IMG/VR virus record: IMGVR_UViG_3300032046_000023
Coordinates: 1-63,380 of that record
From: a virus
Taxonomy: Duplodnaviria > Caudoviricetes
Direction: 5' to 3' (one strand)
Length of the DNA stretch: 63,380 nt
In this document: one piece after another, positions 35,884 to 45,536 of the stretch
How the letters are laid out: every line of letters starts with the position of its first letter
Numbering within the stretch: position 1 is the stretch's first letter
Made by a program: the position numbers and the translations under genes
Notes under the pieces: generated by a model
Seen by the model: the letters and a program-made list of their open reading frames with translations, nothing else
Told to the model about the DNA's origin: nothing
Database searches by the model: none

Positions 35884-37488
35884 CTATTCCACCTTGCCCC
35901 GGAGTCTAGCCAACTCGTGCCGGATAGACTCGTTGACATGGGTTTTAAAATCTTCGCTGTTTAGGTATGCCTTAACGATATCGCCTTCCTTTTTAACGGG
36001 TTCGGGCTCTAAGACAATCTCGATTGGCTTAACCGGCGGTTCTGCGTCTAAGACAACTTCAATGGGCTTATCGGGCTCAATTACAATCTCCGTCTCTTTC
36101 GTTTTCTCTACGGGGTTCAATGCGTCAAGTTTATCCATAATCTGAGTCATCAGGGCAATTTCAACTTCTCGATCTTCGGCCGACTTTTCACTATAAGATA
36201 TGATGACTTCCGTGGGTTCGCCCTCGAAAGTTATCTTACTATCCGCATAAGTATAATCCTGCATATAGACCCGTGTTTGATCTTCTACGTTTTCCCCGAA
36301 TGTGAAATGTCCGCTAGGATAATCTGTCACATAAACATCGAGAAGCCAGGGATATTGAGTATCCGGTTCCCACTTCGGCACTAGGGCCATACTAATGGCC
36401 ACGCGGATATCATCAATAGAAGGATTACCTTCCATATCGGCAATTTTTTGAATACTATCTAAAAAACCTTTGCTTTCGTGATTTTCTTTGACCCATTTTT
36501 TAGCTTCGGCCATTGTCCACTTGTTCACGTCAAAAAGGAATTTCTGCGTTTTAGTGGAACCCCTAGGATCACTTGTCAATTTCCCGATCACGGCTTTAAT
36601 CCCTTTCTTTTTGGAAATGGTAATGGTGCGAAATGATGTCTGGACAAAACTTTCCTTATCCCTGACTGGGATATGATGATAATTATCTGTGGTCTCCGGC
36701 TTTAATACGATTTCCATTTTTTCCTCAATCTCGTCCGCCATCTTAGCCAAATCATACGCCCCCTGATCAAGGGCAATAACGTCACCCTCGTCTGTACCAT
36801 CCGGCAAATCTAGCCAAGCCTTGTCTTCCTCGTCTAATTCAACTTGGAAGTCCTCGATCTTGATGTCCAACTCCTCGGCCATATCAATAGCTACACTTTT
36901 CGGGATTATGCCTTTCTCCACCGCCAAGGTTAAGGCCTCCGGGCAAGACGGAATAGGCACACATGAATATTCCAAAAGTTCCCACTTCTTGTATATCCGG
37001 CGGGGATCACCGGGCGATTTGATTTCCATGTCTTCATACTCTATGGGAATGAAACCGACGCTGAACGCCTTGCAAAGCGGACCCGTCCCCGCTATGTCTT
37101 CACTATAGGCCCTGTAAATCTGGTCTGCAAATTCGGAATTGCCGAAAGCGGTCTTGGCAATCAATCCCTGATCATCCGGCTTGATCCAGATGTTTTTGGC
37201 AATCGGCACACTTTTGTAATCATGTCCGTAAAGCACGACGGGGTTTTTTTTGTAGTTGTCCAGTACTACCCCTTCCGGCAGGAGTTGTTCACCGTCCCTG
37301 TCCACGATCTTTGTCGAGATATAGGAAACGACCGATCTTTCGCTTTTGTTTATATCGGCCTTTTCCGATGTATAGAATTTCCTGACAAATTGAATTTCAT
37401 CCTTCTTTTGATGAAGACGCTTCGCCAACTTAGCGGCCTCGGCAGGAAAGAGGTCCGCATATTTCAATACTTGAGTAGTGACTTTCAT
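35884..37488 (-). CDS. HK97-family prohead protease with long acidic C-terminal extension
   Basis: DRDGE, NPVVLYGH, SVGF, LLEYS.V.IP...AL. Confidence 0.92.
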   Translation of the reverse strand: MKVTTQVLKYADLFPAEAAKLAKRLHQKKDEIQFVRKFYTSEKADINKSERSVVSYISTKIVDRDGEQLLPEGVVLDNYKKNPVVLYGHDYKSVPIAKNIWIKPDDQGLIAKTAFGNSEFADQIYRAYSEDIAGTGPLCKAFSVGFIPIEYEDMEIKSPGDPRRIYKKWELLEYSCVPIPSCPEALTLAVEKGIIPKSVAIDMAEELDIKIEDFQVELDEEDKAWLDLPDGTDEGDVIALDQGAYDLAKMADEIEEKMEIVLKPETTDNYHHIPVRDKESFVQTSFRTITISKKKGIKAVIGKLTSDPRGSTKTQKFLFDVNKWTMAEAKKWVKENHESKGFLDSIQKIADMEGNPSIDDIRVAISMALVPKWEPDTQYPWLLDVYVTDYPSGHFTFGENVEDQTRVYMQDYTYADSKITFEGEPTEVIISYSEKSAEDREVEIALMTQIMDKLDALNPVEKTKETEIVIEPDKPIEVVLDAEPPVKPIEIVLEPEPVKKEGDIVKAYLNSEDFKTHVNESIRHELARLRGKVE

Positions 37489-37513
37489 ACTTAAACCCCC
37501 TTTGGGTTATGTG

Positions 37514-37686
37514 ATAAATTATTGCTGTCCCGGGGGCTCTAGCCGCCCGGGGGCCGTAAGCTATGCCTACGGGGAAGATGATGGGCTATGGTGTCCACAT
37601 CATAACCTTGGCTCTGCTCGTCGATCTTTCAGGCCCTAGTGAATGCCTTGGTCTAATGGTCACCAATCTGCCCATAAATTATTGCT
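37514..37686 (-). ncRNA. 147-nt multi-hairpin element flanked by 13-bp direct repeats (candidate)
   Basis: ATAAATTATTGCT at 37514-26 and 37674-86; at least four hairpins inside. Confidence 0.45.
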
Positions 37687-37881
37687 TTTCCTTCCTGGCC
37701 TTGTGATACATCTTTTCTAACACGTCCTGCATCTGCCAGAATTGCTTGCTTATTTTTATGATTTCGTTATTATAACGAATTCCAGGCTTATTCGTCTTCA
37801 TTTCGTTATTGTAACGATTGCATTAATTCTACAATTTTGGCTTATTGATTGTTACAAAGTATCAACACTTACAAAGAAGTG

Positions 37882-38270
37882 TTAACCTTTTGATACGGCC
37901 CGCGCCTTATAATACATCTTCTCCAACATGTTCTGTATCCGCCAAAACTGTTTCTCTATCTTTATGATTGCGTTATATTTCTCAACGGATATCTCGAAAG
38001 CATAGTCGACGTATTTATCAACCTTGCCCGTGACGGCATAGGTTAGGCACTCGTCGCGTATGATACCGATTTTCATTTTAGATTTGGCCTACGCTCAAAA
38101 ACCATGATTCCCTTTTTCGGGGGCTTATAAGATGTAGTCAGAAAATAGACTAGTTTCGCCACTAGGTTTATAATCACAAAAGTCTTTACAAAAGAATTTG
38201 GCCCTTTTTTTATTTGCTCAATCTCGGCCATCATCTTCTTAATTACCTTTCTTTTATTGCGTTTGGTCAT
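37882..38270 (-). CDS. Two small hypothetical ORFs (37882..38076, 38073..38270)
   Basis: Coupled ORFs. Confidence 0.5.
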
Positions 38271-38271
38271 A

Positions 38272-38625
38272 TTATTTTATTAGTTCGGGATTCTCGTAGA
38301 TGTTGCCGATAATATTCCCCCCGCCCATCCCTAATCGCAAAATATAACCTTTAAGTTTAATATACCAGCCATCGCTACACCATAAAATCTCCCCTATATT
38401 ATTTTCCCCAAAATCAACCACGTCCCCCTCGTATATCTCCCTGCCGTGTTTATCAAATAACCCCGTAAATTGCATGAGGTTTGCATTTTCTATATTGAGA
38501 GTATAAGTCGGGATCATATCATCCCCCCTTGGTCTAACGCCAATGGTTTTAGTTCCATAATCTATCCATGTTACACAACACATCCCCAAAACATCATCCC
38601 ATACCCGAAATCTAATCTCTCTCAT
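38272..38625 (-). CDS. YopX-family protein
   Basis: MREIRFR.W...MQFTGL.DK.G.EIYEGD...IGNIYENPEL. Confidence 0.9.
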   Translation of the reverse strand: MREIRFRVWDDVLGMCCVTWIDYGTKTIGVRPRGDDMIPTYTLNIENANLMQFTGLFDKHGREIYEGDVVDFGENNIGEILWCSDGWYIKLKGYILRLGMGGGNIIGNIYENPELIK

Positions 38626-38629
38626 GTTT

Positions 38630-39328
38630 TCATTTATTCAACTCGGGACTTTCGTAGATATTGCCGATGACCTCACATTCTTTATCGGTCTCCAGCGGGT
38701 GATTATCGTCATTTTCTGCATAATAAATATTAGGAATTTCTACGACAAAAATATCCGTAAAATGTTTTTCAAACCAATCATAATCTTCTCTAACAATATC
38801 CCCCTCATATATCTCCTTGCCGTTCTTGTCCTTGAGGCCGGTATGCCTTCCCCTAAATTCAAATTGCCCATTTCTAAATGTAGTGCCGATAAGAGTGGCT
38901 AATGAATAATGATAAATAGTCTGCGTATTTTTATTAAAAAGGCGGAATTTTATTTCTGAAAATATTGGTTGTTCTGATATAAATTGCCCATGCGGATTTC
39001 TTTTTCCACGAAGATGATTTCCGGCATGCTGATGCTGATTGCCGAATAACTCTAAATTATCTAAGTTATTATTTTCTCGATCTTGATCGCGATGATGAAT
39101 TTTTTCCGCTGGTATTAAGAACCGTTTAAGATATGCCTCCATCACCAATCGATGCTCTGGAACATATCCTCTTTTATTGGCAAAGGGATGTTCCGTAATA
39201 AGTCGCATAATATATCCCTGAATTTTATAAAAACCTTTATAACGTGGATGTCGAATAATTTTTGGAAGTCGAGTTTCTACATTGTATTCCCTTCCGTTAT
39301 ATGTTGCCCGAAACTTAATCTCTCTCAT
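38630..39328 (-). CDS. YopX-family protein with an in-frame HNH endonuclease
   Basis: MREIKFRA, then EHRLVME...IHH.D...NN..DNL (HNH_3), then TGLKDKNGKEIYEGD...IGNIYE. Confidence 0.85.
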   Translation of the reverse strand: MREIKFRATYNGREYNVETRLPKIIRHPRYKGFYKIQGYIMRLITEHPFANKRGYVPEHRLVMEAYLKRFLIPAEKIHHRDQDRENNNLDNLELFGNQHQHAGNHLRGKRNPHGQFISEQPIFSEIKFRLFNKNTQTIYHYSLATLIGTTFRNGQFEFRGRHTGLKDKNGKEIYEGDIVREDYDWFEKHFTDIFVVEIPNIYYAENDDNHPLETDKECEVIGNIYESPELNK

Positions 39329-39335
39329 GTGACTC

Positions 39336-39815
39336 CTATTTTTGACGACATTTTATATCTATAAACTTAAATCCGGGATATGCCTTAGAGAGATACTTTT
39401 TGGCCGCCGGTGTTTTATGTCTTACCTTCGTCGACTTAGGATGTTTAAAATTATATCTAATCCGTTTAGGTTGATCTTTCTTTGATGACTTTTTATTTCC
39501 GCCGGTTGTTCTTGCACTCATATTAATCCCAAAGATTAAAAAAATTTGCGCGGATGCGGTAGAAGATCATCCCTCGTCCTCAAAAATTTCCACGTCTTTT
39601 TCAGTGGCATCCCTTGCCCCATAATTTTTTATGAGCCATGTTGAAAAACAGAAATAGTCCGCGCTCTGTTTTGATTTACAATATATTTGCCGATACCATT
39701 TATCCCATGCTTTCTTTGCTTCATTAAGGTCAACTTTTTCGGGCATAACCAAATGAGTCACGCTGGCATCATACCAATCTCCCCCGCTTAAAATAGCAAC
39801 CAACTTATCCTTCAT
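39336..39815 (-). CDS. Two small hypothetical ORFs (39336..39521 basic; 39567..39815)
   Basis: ORF track; operon orientation. Confidence 0.45.
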
Positions 39816-40633
39816 TACTCCTCCTCAAAGTAGGCGGCCGCCGCGCACCGGCAGTTCGGATGCAAGGGCGGGCAATCTATCTCGCCATAGGGACTTGTGC
39901 AAAATATAGCGTCTAAATCAATCGGCCCTTCATCGCCCAATGCCATACAAGCCGCACAGGCATCTTCGGCCACTATCCAAATCTTCTTCTCTACTACCCC
40001 GCTCTGTCTGTATGCCTCAAGTGCCGATTCATTACTTGCCCTGATTGTCTCGCTTCTGGCTATCATCTCGCTTCGCCAGCGCGTCCAATTCTCGTAAGTG
40101 GTATTAACCCGTTTCATCAGATCGGGGATACTCTCTCCTGCATTTAACCCCTCGGTTAATGTCGCCCTTAACTTCTCGACGTTTATGTCCTCAAGCCGTT
40201 GGCTAAACTTGAAGCAATACTTGTCCAGCCATGTCTTGAGCCGTGGATTATCGAGGTCGAAGACGGCATGCAAATCCAGGGCGCCCAGCGCGATTTGTCC
40301 CTCCTGTTTGAGTAGTTTGGGGAACATCTTCTTCATCTCTGCGGCTAGGAGTTTCGTATATTTGTTTACCGGATATAGAATCTCATCCGGGCCTGCCTTG
40401 GCCGTATAACCTTTGCCGAGTTTTCTAAGATTGGCAATGATGATTCGCCGTTCCTCGTCCCATATATCATTGATTAACTTTGTTATCTTCCTGTCCCAAG
40501 GTTCAAGCCGTTGGTCACGTGACCAAAAATTTGCCTTCTCCCTAATCTCGGCGGGCGATAATGTGGCTGCCTTCAACGCATAGTGATAGATCAACTCGTC
40601 TGCTATGCGGTCAACGGCGGAATCGGGGTTCAT
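39815..40633 (-). CDS. Minor head protein (Mu F / SPP1 gp7-like)
   Basis: IARSET.RA.N, K.W....C..C, PPLHPNCRC. Confidence 0.9.
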   Translation of the reverse strand: MNPDSAVDRIADELIYHYALKAATLSPAEIREKANFWSRDQRLEPWDRKITKLINDIWDEERRIIIANLRKLGKGYTAKAGPDEILYPVNKYTKLLAAEMKKMFPKLLKQEGQIALGALDLHAVFDLDNPRLKTWLDKYCFKFSQRLEDINVEKLRATLTEGLNAGESIPDLMKRVNTTYENWTRWRSEMIARSETIRASNESALEAYRQSGVVEKKIWIVAEDACAACMALGDEGPIDLDAIFCTSPYGEIDCPPLHPNCRCAAAAYFEEE

Positions 40634-40769
40634 TCTGATTTATCTTCCTGGGTTATCGTAGTGTCGGCAATATTTGTATAATATTGCCAATTATTGGTAG
40701 AATCCGTTGAACCAGGATCATTGGTGGGTCGTTCATATCGCCAAAAAAAACAACGCCAAAAGAAATATT

Positions 40770-40979
40770 TCATGCCAGCTTCCTCTTTATCGCTTCCAAG
40801 GCAGCAAAATCATCAACCGAAATATTGATTTCTATTGGCCCAATTAAATAAGTCTGCCATAGAAACCGTCCTTCATAATTGGTTGTGTGGAAATGACCGA
40901 ACCATTGGGGAACCCAATGTAGGCAATTAAACCCTTTCCAAGTAACAAGAATCTTCTGAGTTAAATTAAATTTTTTCAT
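40770..40979 (-). CDS. Small inserted ORF ending in a copy of the portal C-terminus
   Basis: LEAIKRKLA shared with the portal. Confidence 0.55.
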   Translation of the reverse strand: MKKFNLTQKILVTWKGFNCLHWVPQWFGHFHTTNYEGRFLWQTYLIGPIEINISVDDFAALEAIKRKLA

Positions 40980-42466
40980 GCCAGTTTCCTCTTTATCGCT
41001 TCCAATACCTTTCCGGCAAGCTCCTCGGCATCGGCTTCCTCGTCTTCCTTGCCCGGCTTCTCCTCATCCCCATTTCCATTCCCGCCATTCGGCCCAAACT
41101 GCATAGGCGGCTGTGGAGGCTCACCCGCCACATCAATCGGTTTGGTCATGGTGTTTACCCATTGCACGTCCGATAATCCACCCCGGACATCCTGACCGAT
41201 CTCCTGCCTCACCTCATCCCGCGTTACTATGCCCGTATCAACATAAATCTGATTCTGTTTCAGTAAGAATTCCTTATCCTCCGGCACGGGATTGTCAAAT
41301 GCCACGAATAGTCGAGTATCGTAAAGCGGAATAAGCCGCTCGTTCAACTTCTGCTCAATCTTCCGCAACCTGGGAAGTATCCCATTTTTAGCATGGCGAT
41401 AATCGGCAGTCTCGGCATTGGCCCGGTTCACGTCGGTAGCTACCAGGGCAGAGATCGGCACGTCGAATCCGGCGCAGATTTCCTCTCTTATCAATTTCCT
41501 GCCTTCAATATAACTCAACTCTTGGGGTGACATGGTATCCGGGTTAAACTTCGCCCCGCCCGTCAATACGATAGTCTTTCCCGCTTTCTTGGCCCCGACA
41601 TATTTATCATCAAATGTTCGTTGAAATCTATCTCGCGCCTGTTCACTGACATTTCCTTCTATGGTGACAACGCCGCTCACCCTAGCCTTGTTCTCAAACA
41701 GACTCTTCTCAAACTCGTACATCTTGCTGTTGATATAGACGGCATCCGATATGCCCTGCACACATGCCCAACCTTGAATCTGGTTTTTCGGGTTGGGGAA
41801 ACTGAACATGATTACATCCTCAATCGGCAAATCCACTTTGACCCGCCCGCGTTCGTATCGATAACCTTTGATGAAATTGTCCAAGCTCTCACCCGGAACC
41901 GGATTAATGAAGGGCGATGGAATAACCCAAATCTCGCCCGGTATGCCCAATTTCGGTTTCTTCGGCGTATACCAATATGCCTCACCCGTCAGATCCTGAA
42001 AAAGTGAGGTCGTTTCCCATAGGTCATTGGCATTGGCAAACGGGTTGACATTGTTCATCAAGTCAAGGAAGGGATGCTCGGTCACTTCCTCAACATCCTC
42101 CGCCTTACGGAGATAGCGATCCAACCCCGCATTTGCCTCAAGCCATTTCTTGCCCTTGCCGTCTACGCTTTTCGTGCTTATCGTGGTAAACTTTTCCGCC
42201 TTGCCGGTCTTCGTGACGTAGAGTCTAATCGGCACGGCGGCGATAGTTTTGGCGTTGAGGTTCGCACAGGTATAAACCCATGACTGAAACTGGTCAACGA
42301 ATTCAGCCTTATTCATAGGCTTGCGCCCGCCCGCGATGCCCTCTCCCCAGTATCGACCGTCCATCCATGCCGAGGGATCGTTGACGCTGGGCAAGGCTCC
42401 CTTGAGTCCTGCATGATATTGGCCGACGATGCGGCCCAATTTATTTACAATCTTTTCAATGTTCAT
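40976..42466 (-). CDS. Portal protein (HK97 family)
   Basis: WVY.C.N....IA..P.RLY, HP...L...NP, L.GEAYW, IC..F.VP, NRANAE. Confidence 0.93.
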   Translation of the reverse strand: MNIEKIVNKLGRIVGQYHAGLKGALPSVNDPSAWMDGRYWGEGIAGGRKPMNKAEFVDQFQSWVYTCANLNAKTIAAVPIRLYVTKTGKAEKFTTISTKSVDGKGKKWLEANAGLDRYLRKAEDVEEVTEHPFLDLMNNVNPFANANDLWETTSLFQDLTGEAYWYTPKKPKLGIPGEIWVIPSPFINPVPGESLDNFIKGYRYERGRVKVDLPIEDVIMFSFPNPKNQIQGWACVQGISDAVYINSKMYEFEKSLFENKARVSGVVTIEGNVSEQARDRFQRTFDDKYVGAKKAGKTIVLTGGAKFNPDTMSPQELSYIEGRKLIREEICAGFDVPISALVATDVNRANAETADYRHAKNGILPRLRKIEQKLNERLIPLYDTRLFVAFDNPVPEDKEFLLKQNQIYVDTGIVTRDEVRQEIGQDVRGGLSDVQWVNTMTKPIDVAGEPPQPPMQFGPNGGNGNGDEEKPGKEDEEADAEELAGKVLEAIKRKLA

Positions 42467-42607
42467 ATTTGAGATTCCTGATAAGGAATAAAGCCACCGG
42501 AGATTATCTAGATTGCGTCCACGTAACCTGGAAGGCTATTGGATTTAACCCCCGGTGGTAAGTATCATTCAGTTTAATTGCTGATTTGACAGACGGTATC
42601 TGCGATA

Positions 42608-42799
42608 TTACCAGAGCCAAATGCCCTCATAGTCATGTTGGATATATGCCTTTTCTGCATCATAATAACTACGTCCACAGAATTCAAATTCCGACATTTC
42701 TTCTATCGGCTTAAATAGCCAATTTAGGCCGTCGATAGATTCAAAGGCTATGGAATCCACAAAATCCAACGGTATTAAATAACCGCCTTCACTATTCAT
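42608..42799 (-). CDS. Small protein beginning with a capsid-like GGYLIP motif
   Basis: SEGGYLIPLDFVDSI. Confidence 0.45.
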   Translation of the reverse strand: MNSEGGYLIPLDFVDSIAFESIDGLNWLFKPIEEMSEFEFCGRSYYDAEKAYIQHDYEGIWLW

Positions 42800-44303
42800 T
42801 AATTACCTTCTCCACTTGCCCCGCCCTACTCTGCCTCATCATGTTTAACCATGCCTGATTCACCCCGGACCACATCCGCAATTTGGTTTGATCCACCCCC
42901 AACCGCTTAGCCGCACCTACCATACCGCCCATTTGCATATAGGCCAGAAAGCGAACGGCAAATGCCTCCGTCGTCCATTCCTTCCATTCGGGCGGATCCT
43001 GGTCGGTAGGTTGGGCCCGCTTGCTCTCCCGTTCAAATCGTTCCTCAAGACTCGGCTCCTCGTCCAGGCCGCCCAAGACGAAGACTTGGGGAGTAATCTT
43101 AGCCGCGTTCTCCCTGGCCCAATTAGCCAAGGCCAACCCGATCACACAATCATCATGTTTCCCTTCGGGAGCAGAATAACTTATCCCGCTTGCCTTCATC
43201 TCGTATCCGAAATTCTTTAATTCGTTTAACTGGACCTGTTCATTGAGTATCTTTATCTTTGCCTGTTCAAAACTAATCATCAGGCTTTCTATAAGAGCTC
43301 GCTTACTTTGCGCCGTGAATTTGTAACCCTCAATCATCAACCCGCTCCGTTGCAAATCATCGAATATCGGATCACCCACCCCGGTCGAGTCAATGAATAA
43401 TCTGGCATCATATTCCTGCATAACTTCGGTAATCAGTTTTTTCTGATAAACCCAGTCCAACTTATTCAATCTGTTCCAATAAACTTGATTGCCCAAATCA
43501 TCCAGGACCGTTATGACCGTAAAATCGACGTGCTTGGCCAAATCCACCCCGGCATAGTATTGACGATCCGGACTGGGCTTGGCTAACTCCGCTCCCTTGC
43601 AAGCCTCGATATTTCGGAAGACACCGTATGCATCCTCTAAAAATTCAGCAAATATCTCTTGTTCCCTCACGTGGGCGGGCAGATCGGCCACCAGGGCATC
43701 TATCTCTTTCCGGTCCAGGTATGGGTTATCATAGCTGGTAAATTTGAAGAATGCCCAGTTGGTATATCGAGGATCCTGTCTGTCTTCGGCTTTCTGTTTG
43801 AGGTCAAAGAATAGGTTCTTTCCTTTGGGCGTCCCCCCGATAAGTTGGTCCGGGTTATATTCAATCGTCATCGGCCGGATGACATTCTCCCATAGATAGG
43901 GATCGTTCAAAATGATTCCGGCCTCGTTTAGGATGATGAGTTTATAGGCAAATCCTTCAATCCGTTCCGGCTGATCCGCGCTCCTGAAATCGCACTTACG
44001 ATCCAAGATGGTCAACTCTTTTTTCTGTTGCCGCCATGTCCAATGTTGACTAGGCAGTTTCATTAGGACGGGAATGAAATAGCGATCTACATAACGGTCG
44101 ATGTTTCCGTTGACGGTATCGACCCAGAGGACGGGCGATATGCCCTCTACCATTTTCTCAATGACGTGATTCGCACAGCCCTTCGTATATCCCCACCTGC
44201 GTCCCTTTGCCACGATTTTAACTTTAGCGGGGTCGCTGAACAGTTTGTACTGGCCGCTATGGTAGGCAATGGGGAGTTTAATCTCGGTCGCCGTCGTCAT
44301 CAA
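42792..44303 (-). CDS. Terminase large subunit (Terminase_6-like)
   Basis: GRRWG, FRSAD, GTPKGKN, YDNPY, GVDLAK..DFTV, DSTGVG, HDDCV; C-terminal HTH-like tail. Confidence 0.92.
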   Translation of the reverse strand: MMTTATEIKLPIAYHSGQYKLFSDPAKVKIVAKGRRWGYTKGCANHVIEKMVEGISPVLWVDTVNGNIDRYVDRYFIPVLMKLPSQHWTWRQQKKELTILDRKCDFRSADQPERIEGFAYKLIILNEAGIILNDPYLWENVIRPMTIEYNPDQLIGGTPKGKNLFFDLKQKAEDRQDPRYTNWAFFKFTSYDNPYLDRKEIDALVADLPAHVREQEIFAEFLEDAYGVFRNIEACKGAELAKPSPDRQYYAGVDLAKHVDFTVITVLDDLGNQVYWNRLNKLDWVYQKKLITEVMQEYDARLFIDSTGVGDPIFDDLQRSGLMIEGYKFTAQSKRALIESLMISFEQAKIKILNEQVQLNELKNFGYEMKASGISYSAPEGKHDDCVIGLALANWARENAAKITPQVFVLGGLDEEPSLEERFERESKRAQPTDQDPPEWKEWTTEAFAVRFLAYMQMGGMVGAAKRLGVDQTKLRMWSGVNQAWLNMMRQSRAGQVEKVINE

Positions 44304-44640
44304 GACTTTCCCTCACCTCTCCGGCAATCTTATCCGTTATCGTCTTTTTGATATGGACGATAATCTCGTTTGCGTCCTCATCGATCCCTACATTTGCCGG
44401 CAACAGCTTCGTCAACCAGTTATAGAACATGGCCCGGTTATGTTTGCTTTCGAGTAGCCAGGTAATCAAGCCCTCTACCCCTCCTACGCGGGGGTCATTA
44501 TAGGCAGAGAGAAAATCCTGCTTGAGGGAGGTAAACTTATTGACAGTCCCCCTCTTTCTGCCTTTTGGATTTCCTGAATGACCCTTTGGAAATTTCATTT
44601 TGATTTCTCTGTTGAATTTCTGTACTTGGCAGATCATCAT
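44278..44640 (-). CDS. Terminase small subunit (likely start MKFPKG)
   Basis: FPKGHSGNPKGRKRG..NK; precedes the large subunit. Confidence 0.8.
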   Translation of the reverse strand: MMICQVQKFNREIKMKFPKGHSGNPKGRKRGTVNKFTSLKQDFLSAYNDPRVGGVEGLITWLLESKHNRAMFYNWLTKLLPANVGIDEDANEIIVHIKKTITDKIAGEVRESLDDDGDRD

Positions 44641-45266
44641 AAACTTCGGATAGGTGAACGACTATTTCGCTGTCTGCCCTATGAAGTCCATTGATACCGT
44701 TAAGAATGCCGTCCGATGGTCTAAACCTTAAAACCATCTCCGCTTCTTTATCTCCGGTTACGAGGCTTTTGATAGAAATTTGTTTTATAAGTGCGGGAAA
44801 TGTTACGATGCTCATTGACCTATCTCTTTCGGGCAAACTATCCTTCCCGTCCTTACCTTCTTTCCCGTTCCGGAATTGGTAATCCACCTATTTGTCATCG
44901 GGAAGTGATGCTCCATTAGAACATGGCCGCATAGCCTACACTTCTTGATATTCGTCCAAGGGCAGGCGGCTATGGCATAATAATTAGGGTCGTTCATTTA
45001 GGTTCGTAAAAGGGGCATGAACATTATCCGTGAACAGGAGCCGTTCTTATTCGAAACCGAACCTCTGCCCCAGCACACCTAATTCTCTCTCCCCTGAAAA
45101 CCAAGTAATGCAGGATCGACCGTCGGCTTCGGCTTCTTCGGCTTTCTATACAACGCCTTAAATACTCCCGGTATGCTCACGATGTAAATGACGATGCTCA
45201 GGCCGACGATAAACAGCAGGCCGAATATCAAGTAGAATAGACCGGCGAGAAGGGATTTGATTAACC

Positions 45267-45536
45267 TCATTTGCCGTTCATCTTCTTGGTCAGGTAATCC
45301 ATATCCTTGGTCAGGTTATCGACCTTTGTTTCCAGGGTCGCCAATTTCTCGCCATGTTGCCCCAACTTATCATTGATCTCTTTAATGGCCAGGGCATGAT
45401 CTTCACAACGTTGCGGGTTGCCGAGCAGCCCCGCTTCCTTAGTCAGCTTTTTCTCTCTATATTTACTCCAAGCTATAACGGCCGCGACTATCAATACGGC
45501 CAAGGCATTTATAATCTCCATCAAGTTCAGTTTCAT
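45267..45536 (-). CDS. Holin-like or spanin-like protein (TM plus coiled coil)
   Basis: N-terminal TM segment followed by a heptad coiled coil. Confidence 0.5.
   Translation of the reverse strand: MKLNLMEIINALAVLIVAAVIAWSKYREKKLTKEAGLLGNPQRCEDHALAIKEINDKLGQHGEKLATLETKVDNLTKDMDYLTKKMNGK

Noticed and set aside
37620-37640. Hammerhead ribozyme core in the 37.5-kb element
   Set aside because: CUGAAAGA does not fit CUGANGA, and no correctly placed GAAA/UH was found
45012-45071. GGGGCA/TGCCCC-closed structure upstream of 44812..44997
   Set aside because: A single short stem with no second copy or recognisable motif
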